From the NCBI GenBank assembly GCA_963795085.1, contig CAWCFX010000001.1, positions 640,001 to 704,000 of the forward strand: DNA of 64,000 nucleotides. Direction: 5' to 3'. Below, piece by piece: positions 20,401-29,099 of the stretch. The stretch's first letter is position 1. Every line of letters starts with the position of its first letter. Both the position numbers and the translations under genes were made by a program. This stretch comes from an uncultured Gemmatimonadales bacterium (GTDB taxonomy: Bacteria > Gemmatimonadota > Gemmatimonadetes > Gemmatimonadales > GWC2-71-9). The notes below the pieces were generated by a model, which was not told the DNA's origin, ran no database searches, and saw only the letters and a program-made list of their open reading frames with translations.

Positions 20401-21538
20401 GCTCTTCGCGGGCGACGGGCAGTCGGCGCCCATCGGCAGTACGCTCGCGATGGACCCGACAGTGATCGTGCGGGACGGCAGCGGCAACCCGGTTCCCGGG
20501 GTCAGCGTAACCTTCAGCGTGACGGGAGGTGGGGGAAACGTCTCCAGCGGTTCGGGCATGAGCGGCGCCAATGGCCAGGTCGGGGTAGCCTGGACGCTGG
20601 GCTCGACCACCGGTTCCAACACATTATCCGCCACCGCGGCAGGGCTCTCTGGGAGCCCTGTTTTGTTTTCCGCCACCGCCACGCCGGCTACCCCGGTGGC
20701 AAGCGTCATCGCCCACACTCCCGACCCTTCACCGGTGGGCGGCCTGGTCAGCGTGTCGTTCACGGTCACCAGCCCGGCCGGAACGCCCACGGGCAACGTG
20801 ACCGCCGGCGACGGAGTGGACAGCTGCACCGCCAGCGTGGCCGCCGGTAACTGCACCGTGGCGCTGACGACTCCCGGGCCCCGCACCCTCACGGCCAGCT
20901 ATGCCGGCGACGGCAATTTCAACGCCGTGGTGTCGGCCGGGGTCGGCCACACGGTGACAGCGGCGGTCACGGCGACGGCTATTACCGGCCATGCGCCGGA
21001 ACCGTCGGTCATCGGCCAGGGTATCACGGTGGACGTGAGTGTCAGCAGCGGGGGCGGTACCCCTCTGGGGAACGTCACGGTGAGCGACGGAGTGGACAGC
21101 TGCAACATCGGGTTGTCGGGTGGGTCGGGGAGCTGCGTGCTCACACCCACCACGGCAGGGCTCAAGACCTTGAGTGCCGACTACGGCGGCTCGGCCAGCT
21201 TCCAGGCCAGCTCCACCAGCGCCTCGCACCAGGTGGACGCCTTTGGCGCGGTGGATCCAGCCTCGTCCACGGCCACCGTGCCCGACGGGGTGAGCGGCGG
21301 CCTCACGACGATCCTGATCGTGGCCCGTGACCAGTTCGGGAATGCGGTGGGCACCGGGGGCGAGAGCGTCACGGTGGACATCACCGGTGCGAATCCCGGC
21401 AGCGCGACAGTAACCGACAATGGCGACGGCACTTACACCGCCGAGTACACCCCGGCGGCTTCCGGATCAGACACCATAACGATCCAGGTCAATAACATTT
21501 CAATCCAGGGGAGCCCGTTCACCAGCACCATCTCGTGA
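14453..21538 (+). CDS. Giant surface lipoprotein/adhesin with tandem bacterial Ig-like (Big_1/invasin, filamin-like, group-3) domains
   Basis: Lipobox SLTC; ~100-aa repeats GNNQ..DPSVLVTDAGGNPV.GV.VTFAV..GSWTLG..FTATG; filamin-like RDQFGN..DNGDGTYTA.YTP units; start 14453 or 14462. Confidence 0.92.
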   Translation: MSRMRFASAVPPRFALLPVLLAAVSLTCSGDGVVLPREGDPSKVSVMGGNNQTGTVAAALPESLTVRITDPSNRPVVGARVVFVRGTNGAGAVLSPDTVVTTTDGQARSRWVLGTGAGTQTVIARVVGFTNVSAGFSATATAGVADSLFLVRGDGQTGTAGAALAESLVVRVNDRFGNPVAGTVVSWTLSGGGSLSAATVPTAADGQAAVQRTLGPASGPQASAASATGLKGSPVLFSHTAGSGGPAALQIVQGNNNTAPAGFALAESLVVRLVDANGNGVAGRAVAWAVTGGGGTPSPLSSNTDVNGLAATRWTLGTTAGPNTLIASAAGFVANFSATGTSDVPTRISIFSGNNQSGPANQALPSDPTVLVQDANNNPVANVAVTFVVTGGGGTIVPTTSVATGTNGRAALTSWTLGPALGVNTLQASASGPGGPLQGSPLTFTATAVPGAAAQLQIVTQPPANAASGAVLSPSPVVEVLDASGNPVSQAGINVTVSLASGTGALGGTLTRATNSSGQVTFSGISINSLVGSYTLGFNASGLTGATSSSISLGAGAATQLVLTTQTPGGASSGVPLSPQPIVQVEDAAGNPVSLAGVNVTAALTGATGTLGGTATIVTNPSGTAAFTNLAITGPSGAYTIRFTSTNPVLTQVTSGNITIGAGAPTMMAIQAGNNQTVTSGSVLPVDPTVLITDAGGNPVSGVTVTFAVASGGGSATGTSRVTNASGIATVGSWTLGCLAGSNTLTATSPGLVGSPLTFTATGTAGAASRIQIAAGNNQTATVGNPVPVNPSVLVTDACGNPIAGIVTTFAVTAGGGSIIGGNQTTDANGLATVGWVLGGSAGTNTLTVTRSGLTGSPLAFTATGVTGNANNIAVNAGNNQSATIATTVAVDPSVIVKDGSGNPVPGVQVTFAVASGGGSISGAVQTTNASGIAEVGSWTLGTMAGTNTLTATSSGLSGSPVTFTATGTTGAAATIAINAGNNQTATVGATLPVNPSVLVRDIGGNPVSGVSVTFAITSGGGSITGAAATTDGSGIAAVGSWTLGSTAGNNTLTASSAGLTGSPITFSATGVTGGPATIAISAGNNQSAPAGSILPVDPSVLVTDAGGNPVAGVSVTFAVASGGGSLTGATQTTNASGIAEVGSWTLGNTAGPNTITATSAGLSGSPLTFTATGTVGAAATIAINGGNNQAATAGTTLPVNPSVLVTDAGGNPVAGVSVTFAVASGGGSIAGGAQTTDAAGIATVGSWTLGTAPGTNTLTATSAGLSGSPRTFTATGTTGTAATIAVNGGDNQTQTVNSVLATDPSVLVTDAGGNPVQGVAVTFAVASGGGTANGVNRTTNVSGIATVGSWQLGTVAGTNTLTATSAGLSGSPITFTATGTPGGANAAQSSATVPNGAAGQPTVISIQARDVFGNNRTTGGGTWTVAVTGANTASPAVTDNGDGTYTASYTPTASGSDQVAIRLSGSHIGGSPYTSTVVAAGASTIVVNAGNNQSATVNTVLSTDPSVKVTDTNNNPVPGVAVTFAVTGGGGSVTGANQVTNASGIATVGSWQLGTTAGTNTMTATAPGLAGSPVTFTATGTAAAADAGQTTANVPAGTAAAQTTITIQSRDQFGNLRTSGGASITVAVTGANTATGSVTDNGDGTYTATYTPAVSGTDVVTIRLGGTLISGSPHNSVVGKAGSSTTITSHSPEPSIVGQGITVDVAVSGIGATPTGSVTVSDGTDNCVATLSGGAGNCVLTPTTSGSKTLTATYGGNATFNGSVSPGAAHQVNASGGVSPTQSSLGVSASSITASSGSTPVTVTVTARDAFNNPVAGVSVVLSASGTGNSITQPGLTNASGMATGTVSSTVAESKTISAVVDGTGISQTQMVTVTPAAPAAATTTASVPPGNAGSPTTITIQSRDQFGNLVTTGGANVEITVSGANTAGPITATDLGDGTYTASYTPTVSGADQVDITLNGTPISGSPYGTTVAVGTATQVQLFAGDGQSAPIGSTLAMDPTVIVRDGSGNPVPGVSVTFSVTGGGGNVSSGSGMSGANGQVGVAWTLGSTTGSNTLSATAAGLSGSPVLFSATATPATPVASVIAHTPDPSPVGGLVSVSFTVTSPAGTPTGNVTAGDGVDSCTASVAAGNCTVALTTPGPRTLTASYAGDGNFNAVVSAGVGHTVTAAVTATAITGHAPEPSVIGQGITVDVSVSSGGGTPLGNVTVSDGVDSCNIGLSGGSGSCVLTPTTAGLKTLSADYGGSASFQASSTSASHQVDAFGAVDPASSTATVPDGVSGGLTTILIVARDQFGNAVGTGGESVTVDITGANPGSATVTDNGDGTYTAEYTPAASGSDTITIQVNNISIQGSPFTSTIS

Positions 21539-21637
21539 TGTGATGTCCGTCCTATGCCATCCGCTGCTACCTTCGCATGATGCTACTCCCGGGAGGGTAC
21601 CCGGGTTTCCAGCGCCAGTAAAGAAGGGCAGGGTACC

Positions 21638-23260
21638 ATGCGCCACCCATCCGCCATCGCCGCATTTCGACTCGCCGCCGCCGCCCTCGTGACCGCGGGA
21701 TGCGCGGCGGACTCCCTCACCCTGCCCCGCGACGGTGAGCCGGCCGCGGTGGTCATTGTGCACGGCAACGGCCAGCAGGGCATGGCGGGAAATCCCCTGG
21801 GCGACTCCCTGGTCATCAGCGTCACCGACGGCCAGGACCGGCCGGTCATCAACCGGTCGGTGGCGTTTGTCGTCCCTTCCGGCGGAACCGTGGTTCCCGC
21901 CACGTTACACACCAACGGCGAGGGCAAGGCGGTCTTCCGGTGGGTGCTGGGGCCGGCGGCAGGGGAGCAGACGCTTGAGGTGGGGCCGGATGCCGACGGG
22001 CCGCTCTCGCCCAAGGCCACCTTCCGGGCCACCGCGACGCCCGGCCCGGTGCACGCCATCAGCCTGATCAGCGGTGATGGGCAGACCGCGGCGGCGGGGA
22101 CGCCCCTGCCGCAGCCGCTGGTCGTGCGGGTGCTCGACTCTTTCGGCAATGGCGTGGCCGGCGAGACGGTGACCTGGCAGACCTCCTCCGGCGGTTTGCA
22201 GCCCTCTACCGCGGTCACCGGAGACGATGGTTCCACCACGGCCGTGTGGACCCTGGGGCAGGGTGTAGGCGTACAGACGGCCACGGCCCGGTTCAGCGGG
22301 GCGTCGGGCTCTCCCGTGTCCTTCAGCGCCAATGCCACCCAGGGGGCGTCGCCCAGGCTGAGTATCGTGACGCAGCCGTCGGCGACCGCGCAGGGCGGGG
22401 TGGCATTCAGCCGACAGCCGGCGGTACGCCTGGAGACGGCGCAGGGGGCTCCGATCCAGCAGGCAGGAGTATCGGTTACCGCGGCCATTGCCATCGGCGG
22501 CGGGACGCTGGGCGGTACCACTACGGTCCAGACCAACGGCTCGGGGATTGCTCAGTTCTCCGGCCTCGCGATTTCCGGGTCCCCCGGAGACCGCACCCTT
22601 ATCTTCGCGGCCGTCAATCACACCGCGGCCACCTCCGCCACCATCGCGGTCACGGGCCCCGTCGTCAGCCCGTCCCGTTCCACTGTCACGGCCGCGCCCG
22701 CGTCCATCCAGGCGGGTGGCGAGCAGTCGGTGATCACGGTGACCGCCCGGGACGCCTCCGGGAACCCGCTTTCCGGCCTGCAGGTTGTGATCACGGTCTC
22801 GGGAAGCGGCAACACGGTGACCCAGCCTGGCGGGATGACCAACACCAACGGGGTGGCCACCGGGACGCTGACTTCCTCGGTGACCGGAACCAAGACGGTC
22901 TCGGCGACCATTGCCGGGACGGCGGTTACCCAGACCGCCACGGTGACGGTGCAAGCCACGGGGCCCTCCGCCCAGCAATCCACGGCCAATGTCCCGGGTG
23001 GAAAACGGTTCCAGTGGACGACCCTGACCATCACCACCAGAGATGCCGCGGGCAACAAGCTCACCCGGGGCGGGTATGCCAACCAGATCCGGGTGTCGGT
23101 TTCCGGCGCCAACACGGCGTCAAACCTGTCGATTTTTGACCAGGGGGATGGGACCTACCAGGCCAGCTACTTCCCGGTATTCAAGGGGTCTGACGACATC
23201 ACGATCACGATCAATGGAACGGCGATCCAGGGAAGTCCGTACCGAAGCCAGGTCAAGTGA
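21638..23260 (+). CDS. Shorter paralogous Ig-like/filamin-domain lipoprotein
   Basis: Lipobox TAGC followed by LTLPRDGEP (compare VVLPREGDP upstream); same domain types. Confidence 0.9.
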   Translation: MRHPSAIAAFRLAAAALVTAGCAADSLTLPRDGEPAAVVIVHGNGQQGMAGNPLGDSLVISVTDGQDRPVINRSVAFVVPSGGTVVPATLHTNGEGKAVFRWVLGPAAGEQTLEVGPDADGPLSPKATFRATATPGPVHAISLISGDGQTAAAGTPLPQPLVVRVLDSFGNGVAGETVTWQTSSGGLQPSTAVTGDDGSTTAVWTLGQGVGVQTATARFSGASGSPVSFSANATQGASPRLSIVTQPSATAQGGVAFSRQPAVRLETAQGAPIQQAGVSVTAAIAIGGGTLGGTTTVQTNGSGIAQFSGLAISGSPGDRTLIFAAVNHTAATSATIAVTGPVVSPSRSTVTAAPASIQAGGEQSVITVTARDASGNPLSGLQVVITVSGSGNTVTQPGGMTNTNGVATGTLTSSVTGTKTVSATIAGTAVTQTATVTVQATGPSAQQSTANVPGGKRFQWTTLTITTRDAAGNKLTRGGYANQIRVSVSGANTASNLSIFDQGDGTYQASYFPVFKGSDDITITINGTAIQGSPYRSQVK

Positions 23261-23367
23261 ATTGAGGGAATGAGGGAATTGAGGGAATTGAAGGAATTGA
23301 GGGAATTGAAGGAATTGTGGAATTTTTCCCTTCAATTCCCTCAATTCCCTCAATTCCCTCAATTCCC
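23259..23367. repeat. Hairpin of tandem 9-mers (GAATTGAGG)n / (TCAATTCCC)4
   Basis: About 7 units on the left arm and 4 complementary units on the right arm, abutting the tRNA-Thr 3' end. Confidence 0.9.
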
Positions 23368-23369
23368 AG

Positions 23370-23441
23370 AGCCACTGGTCGGATTTGAACCGACGACCGC
23401 TCGATTACGAATCGAGAGCTCTACCCCTGAGCTACAGTGGC
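23370..23441 (-). tRNA. tRNA-Thr(CGT)
   Basis: GCCACTG acceptor stem, CTCGA-TTCGTAA-TCGAG anticodon arm, GGTTCAAATCC T arm; CCA not encoded. Confidence 0.96.
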
Positions 23442-23444
23442 AAA

Positions 23445-23527
23445 ATGACAAATACTGAGTGCCAGACACCGAGTGCTGAGCCGGTGACCGGCTGTCAGTA
23501 CTCAGTACTCGCTACTCAGTACTGGTT
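23445..23527. repeat. Hairpin of 7-mer micro-repeats between the tRNAs
   Basis: ACTGAGT/ACCGAGT units versus (ACTCAGT)n with inner AGCCGG-TGA-CCGGCT. Confidence 0.7.
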
Positions 23528-23532
23528 TACGA

Positions 23533-23614
23533 TGCCCTGGCGCGGATTCGAACCGCGACGCCTTACGGCACTACCCCCTCAAGATAGCGTGTCTACCAGT
23601 TTCACCACCAGGGC
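23533..23614 (-). tRNA. tRNA-Leu(GAG)
   Basis: GCCCTGG acceptor, CTATC-TTGAGGG-GGTAG anticodon arm, long variable arm, GGTTCGAATCC. Confidence 0.96.
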
Positions 23615-23707
23615 GAGGGTGGGAAAAGTACACCGGTCCCGCCCTATCCCTCAATCCCCCGGGCCGGTTTACATTTTCGCTCTTCTCGCTCGGAGACCGG
23701 TTGACCC

Positions 23708-26550
23708 GTGAGTAGACTCCCGATGGGGCCCCGAGCCCCCATGACCGCCTACCTCTGGGCTTTTTTCGCCGTCGCCGGGATGGGCGGTCTGCGTTGGCTG
23801 CTCACTCCGGTCGTACAGCTGGAATTCCCGTTCGTTACCCTGTTCTTCGCCGTCTTCCTGGGCGCCTGGCTGGGCGGGTTCTGGCCGGCCTTCATGGCCA
23901 CGGTGCTGAGCATGGTGGTGGCGGCCTATCTCTTCGTGCCGCCGGTGGGCGAACTGGGTGCCTTCCATACCCCCGACGCCTTCGGTTTCGGCATTTTCCT
24001 GGTGAGCGGCCTGGCCGTGGGCTGGATGGGGCATTCCCGGCTCCGCGGCCTGCAGGAATCTCGTCTGGCCGCCCGGCGGGCGGAGGAGGAACGGATTCGC
24101 GCGGAAGAGTCTGCCGCGATGGCGGAGGAGGAGGCCGCCCGGGCCGAGGAGGAGTTTACCCGTGCGGAAGAGGAGACGATCCGGGCCCAGGAAGCGGCGG
24201 CCCACGCCGACCGGCAGACGGAACGGATGCAGCGCATCCTCGCCAGCATCTCCGATTCCTTTTCGGTGATCGACCGCCAGTGGACCATCGCCTATGCCAA
24301 CGAGCAGGCTGCGGCGATCGTGGGGATGCGGGTCGAGGACCTGGTGGGCAAGAACCTGTGGCAGCTTTTTCCTGAATCCATCGGGAGCCCGTTCGACCAT
24401 GCCTATCGCCGGGCGCTGGAGACCAATACGGTGATTCGGATGGAGAGCTTCTATCCTCCCCTGGACAAGTGGCTGCGGATTGCCATCTACCCCGGCCCCG
24501 AGGGCCTGACGGTGCTGGGCCAGGACGTGACCGAGCAGCACCGCCTCGAGGCGGCGCTCCGGGAAAGCGCGGACGAGCTGGAAGCCTCGAACGAAGAGCT
24601 CAAGGCCGCCCTCGACGACCTGGCCGACCGGAGCGCCGCCGCCGAGGAAAGCCAGCGCCGGGTCGCCTCCATCCTCGAGAGCATCGGCGACGGGTTCTAC
24701 GCGCTGGATCGCGACTGGCGGTTCGTGTACGTGAACGACCGGGCCGTCGAGGTCATCGGCCGCCCTCGGGAATCGATCATCGGCCAGAACATCTGGCAGA
24801 TGTTTCCGGAGCTCGAGGGGTCGATGTTCCAGGTGGAGTTCGGGCGGGCCCTTCGGGAGCGGCGGATGGTGACCCTGGAAGAGCGGTCATTGGTGACCGG
24901 GGCCTGGATGTCGGTCCGTGCGTACCCCACCGAGGAAGGGTTGTCGGTGTTCTTCCAGGATGTGTCCGCCAAGCACCAGGCCGCCGAGGCGCTAAAGGCC
25001 AGTGAGGAACGCCTCCGGCTGGCCATGGACGTGGGCAGGTTCGGCATCTGGGACTGGGATATTCCCGGGAACCGGGTCACCTGGTCTCCCCGGCTCTATG
25101 AGTTCCATGGACTGGCCGAGCACGAGTTCGGCGGCCGGGTCGAGGATTTCCAGCGGCTGGTGCACCCGGACGACGCCGGCCCGGGTCGGGCAGGCCATCC
25201 AGACGCGCGCTGGCTGACGGAGTCGACTACCAGGCGGAGTTCCGGGCGGTGCGTCCCGACGGGACCATCCGCTGGTTGTTGACCAATGGCCGGGTGGTGC
25301 AGGATGGCGAGGGGAAGCCGGGGCGCATGCTGGGGGCCACCCAGGACGTGACCCAGCGGCGCGAAGGCGAAGAACGACTCCGCCAGATGCAGCGTATCGA
25401 GGCTGCGGGGAGGATCGCCGGCGGCGTCGCGCATGAAGTCAACAACCAGATGACGGTCGTCCTCGGACTGGCCGATTTCATGCTCCGCTCGCCCGACCTG
25501 ACTCCCGAACTGCGGGCCGATACTCTGCAGATCAAGCGGGCGGGCGACCGTTCCGCGCTGATCACCTCGCAGCTGCTGGCGTTCAGCCGCCGTCAGGTGC
25601 TCTGGCCAGCGCTGGTGGACCTGAACCAGGTCATCGCCGATTTCGAGCGGGTCCTGCGCAAGACGGCGGGGGAAACCACCACCCTCGTCCTCCGCCTGGC
25701 CCACCAGCTCCCCCGGGTGCTGGCCGACCGGGCCCAGATGGAGCAGGTACTGCTCAACCTGACGCTCAACGCCGTGGACGCGATGCGGCACCGCCCCGGC
25801 ACCATCACCATCGAAACCTCGGTCCAGGACTTCGACCCCCGGTACGCCTCGGCCAAGGCCGAGGTGGCCGTGGCCCTGGGCTCCTACGTGATGGTATCAC
25901 TGACGGATACCGGCGAAGGGATGACGCCCGAGGTGCTGGGCCACATGTTCGAGCCGTTTTTCACCACCAAGCCGCTCGGGCAGGGCAGCGGGCTCGGGCT
26001 CTCGTCCGTTTACGGCATCGTGAAACAGAGCAAGGGCTACATCTGGGCCTACAGCGAGCCGGGACGGGGAACCACCTTCAGGCTGTACTTGCCGGTCCCG
26101 GTGGCCGGGGCCCCGGCCGAGCCGCCGGACCGGGAGCTGGCGCCCGCCGCGGGCGGCTCCGAGACCATCCTGGTGGTGGAGGACGAGCCCGACCTGCGCC
26201 TGCTTTTCGTGCGGATCCTGCGCGAACTGGGCTACCACCCGGTGGAGGCGGCCACCGGCCAGGCGGCGGTGGCCATTCTGCGGGCCGGGGAGCCGCCGGT
26301 TCATCTCGTGCTGACCGATATCGCGATGCCGGAAATGAACGGACGGGAACTGGGAAGCCTCGTCGCGCAGGAGTTTCCCCATATTCCCGTCCTGTACATG
26401 TCGGGCTACACCGATGCGGACATCGTGGCCCGCGGACTCCTGGAGCGGGATGTGCCATTTATCCAGAAGCCCTTCATGCCCGACGTGATCGCCCAGCACC
26501 TCCGTCAGGTTCTCGACTCCTCTCCCGGCGCCGGGACTCCCCGGCCCTAG
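23708..26550 (+). CDS. Hybrid sensor histidine kinase (DUF4118 TM, 3 PAS, HisKA, HATPase, receiver), split by frameshifts at ~25178-25208
   Basis: AGGVAHEVNN, FFTTK..GSGLGL, LVVEDE..LTDIAMP; ORFs 23708-25282 and 25249-26550 join after removing two single bases. Confidence 0.88.
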
Positions 26551-27026
26551 CTCCCGCTGGGTCCAGTCAGGTTGCCGCACGCGACAATCGTCCCCAGTTC
26601 GGTGGGCGACGCGTGCACGTTGATCATGTACTCGCCGGTGCGGGGCATCGCCATGCCGATCGTGGCGACGCCGCGGGCCCGGCCATCGGTGCCGACTGTG
26701 AGAGGGGCATAACTGGACGCCTCCCCGACTACGCCCTGGTCGTTCCCGCAGGTGCCCCGGTGCAGGTGCCAGGGATGCCGGCCCTCGGGCGCGGCGCCGG
26801 CGAGTGAGACTTCGACCCGGGTCTGGGTGCTGTCCGCATTGCCCATGACGGTCCCGGTTCCCGACACCAGGGTGCCCGGCGCGCCGGGGGGCGACGTCAG
26901 CGTGGCGCTCCAGCGGGCTCCGAGAAATCCGACCGGGGCGGCATCGGTGGTGGAAGAACTGCTGTATCCTCCGCCGCACCCGGCGACGAGGAGGGATACG
27001 AGGGCGAGGCTGGCGCGTGCGTACAT
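26547..27026 (-). CDS. Cu/Zn superoxide dismutase-like (CHRD/SodC-like) lipoprotein
   Basis: Lipobox VAGC; HPWHLHRGTC, INVH, IVACG; CAGGAG RBS. Confidence 0.75.
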   Translation of the reverse strand: MYARASLALVSLLVAGCGGGYSSSSTTDAAPVGFLGARWSATLTSPPGAPGTLVSGTGTVMGNADSTQTRVEVSLAGAAPEGRHPWHLHRGTCGNDQGVVGEASSYAPLTVGTDGRARGVATIGMAMPRTGEYMINVHASPTELGTIVACGNLTGPSGS

Positions 27027-27052
27027 GGCAGAATCTCCTGGTTCAGAAAGGT

Positions 27053-27505
27053 TCACGGAGACCGTTGCTTGGGGATCACCGAGATCCCTCCACTGGCCTC
27101 CAGGATTGCGAATTCGATCTCGTCGAGCCCGGCCAGGCCATGCACCGACCTGGCGGCGTGCATGAGGTCGGCCATGTCCACCCGTTCTTTCTTCATGACT
27201 TCCTCGAGCGGCCGTCCCTGCGAGTAGATCAGCACCGGCTGCCCTTCGGCCAGCCGGTCCAATCGCGGGAACCGCTGTTTGAGCACCGAGAACAGGATGT
27301 CGAGCCCGACCAGGGTGAGGACCAGCAGGAGGGCATTGGTGAGCGAATTGTCATCGTTGACGAGCCCCTGCTGGATGGATTCGCTGATAATCAGCAGGAG
27401 CACAAAGTCGAAGGTGGTCACGTCGGACAGGGACCGCTTGCCGGCCAGCCGAAAGATCACGAGCAGGGCGGTATAGACCACGACCGCCCGGGCGACGCTC
27501 CACAT
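27053..27505 (-). CDS. DUF421/YetF family membrane protein
   Basis: RLAGKRSLS..TTFDFVLLL, AILEASGGISVIP. Confidence 0.92.
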   Translation of the reverse strand: MWSVARAVVVYTALLVIFRLAGKRSLSDVTTFDFVLLLIISESIQQGLVNDDNSLTNALLLVLTLVGLDILFSVLKQRFPRLDRLAEGQPVLIYSQGRPLEEVMKKERVDMADLMHAARSVHGLAGLDEIEFAILEASGGISVIPKQRSP

Positions 27506-27513
27506 GACACGGC

Positions 27514-28017
27514 TCAGGGATAGACGATCTGGGCAAACTCCAGGGCGGGGCCGTCCCCGACCGTCAGATAGCCGGTGTGCCGGCCGGCGGCATGGGGCTC
27601 CAGTTCCAGCACGACCGGCGTGGCCGCCCCCGCCGTGGCGGCGAATTCCAGCAGCAGGCGGCCCTCGACGCTCCGGGAGCGAAGTGGCGCGGGGAGAATG
27701 TCCCGGATCTGCATGGCGGCGAGATATTCCCAGTCGAGCGCGACCTGGATTTGGCCGTTGACCGCTGCTTCCGGGCCGATGACCAGGCGAAGATCGGTGG
27801 CGACGCCGTGGCGGACCAACCGGTCAAAATCGAGGTGCGCCGCACCAGCGGTTCGCGCCGCGTGGGCTATCGGACCGCCCCCGAGGCCCCCCAGCATCCC
27901 CGCCAGGAGCACCCCGGCAATGACCAGCCATCCGGCGCGCTCGATTTTCCATTCCCGGCGCTGGGCGACCATGACCTCGGGCTGTTGCAGTTCAAGCGGC
28001 GTCAGGGGGTAGGACAT
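27514..28017 (-). CDS. Conserved hypothetical membrane-anchored protein, co-oriented with DUF421
   Basis: QRREWKIERAGW then TM GGLGGGP; ends QIVYP. Confidence 0.8.
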   Translation of the reverse strand: MSYPLTPLELQQPEVMVAQRREWKIERAGWLVIAGVLLAGMLGGLGGGPIAHAARTAGAAHLDFDRLVRHGVATDLRLVIGPEAAVNGQIQVALDWEYLAAMQIRDILPAPLRSRSVEGRLLLEFAATAGAATPVVLELEPHAAGRHTGYLTVGDGPALEFAQIVYP

Positions 28018-28101
28018 GCGGTCGCTCCGGCTCGGCGTGACAGAAAACCCGATACATGATCGGGCATCCCGGGCCCCCGGTCTGTGCGGTGGAACACATG
28101 C

Positions 28102-28998
28102 CTAGTTCGCCCTGGCGGGCCGGGCCTCGCCCCAGTCGTCTTCGAAGGTCTGCTCCAGCTGGGCGATGATGGCCCGGTCCCTGACGATGACTCCGATTTC
28201 GCGCCGGCGCTCCAACTCGGTGCGGCGAAGGCTCTGGCTGCCCACGAACGCCCGGGTGCCGTCCCGGACGATCGCCCGGACGTGCAACCGTTCCCCCGCG
28301 TAGGGCGCGACCTGGACGTTGCGAAGCTTGCGCTCGGTCCGCCCGAGAACCCGGACGTCGACCCCGGCCAGGGCGCGCTTCTCGATGGCGCGGAGCATCA
28401 TCTTGTCAGTCAGCCGGTCGTCGTAGATGAGCAGCCGGGAATCGGCGCCCTCGATCAGGCGGAGCAGCACCGAGCGGGAATTGAGGGGGCTGACCACGAA
28501 GTCCTCCCGCCCCGGCGTGTACAGCTTGCGGTCGAAATCGCAGTCGAAGAGCCGCTGGCCTTCCGCCACCAGTCCCGGGTCGCACACGGCCAGCCCCAGG
28601 CTGCGGCTTCGGTCCACGTCCTTCCGGGTGAAGTTGTACCCCAGCACGTACATGGTGGCCCGGTCCACGATCATCATCTTGCCGTGGTAACGGAGGAGGT
28701 CTTCGTCGGTCCGGGAGACCGTGGCGCCGATGCCCAGCAGCCGCAGCTCCAGCTTGCGCAGCTTCTCATCGCCCCCGGTGCTGGTATGGGCGATCAGGGT
28801 GCGGACCACCACGCCGCGGGCGACCGCTTCTCCCAGGGCCTCCTCGACCTCCGCATAGGCCAACCGGAAGATGTACAGGTCGAGGGTCTTCCGGGCCCCG
28901 GCGATGGCCTCCAGCACCGGTTCCACGCTGTCTTCCGGCTGGACCAGGAGCCGCAGGGCCTTGCGGCCCCGCTTGCCGTTCGACTTCAGGGACTTCAT
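28102..28998 (-). CDS. Phospholipase D-like (cardiolipin synthase-like) protein
   Basis: YHGKMMIVD (HKD) and second degenerate LHVRAIVRD..FVGSQSL. Confidence 0.85.
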   Translation of the reverse strand: MKSLKSNGKRGRKALRLLVQPEDSVEPVLEAIAGARKTLDLYIFRLAYAEVEEALGEAVARGVVVRTLIAHTSTGGDEKLRKLELRLLGIGATVSRTDEDLLRYHGKMMIVDRATMYVLGYNFTRKDVDRSRSLGLAVCDPGLVAEGQRLFDCDFDRKLYTPGREDFVVSPLNSRSVLLRLIEGADSRLLIYDDRLTDKMMLRAIEKRALAGVDVRVLGRTERKLRNVQVAPYAGERLHVRAIVRDGTRAFVGSQSLRRTELERRREIGVIVRDRAIIAQLEQTFEDDWGEARPARAN

Positions 28999-29099
28999 CG
29001 GGGTGACGGGCGGCGGGGAGTCGGTGGGCAGGCAACCATGGACCTACTCTACACCCGGCAGGGGGCCGGGGCCGTGATCCCAGTCCCCCTGCCGAAGGG

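Noticed and set aside
14453..23441. Genomic island integrated at tRNA-Thr
   Set aside because: No integrase, no duplicated tRNA 3' end noticed, GC similar to the rest of the window
23120..23458. MRELRELKEL ORFs on both strands
   Set aside because: Products of the 9-mer repeat, overlapping tRNA-Thr or the upstream gene
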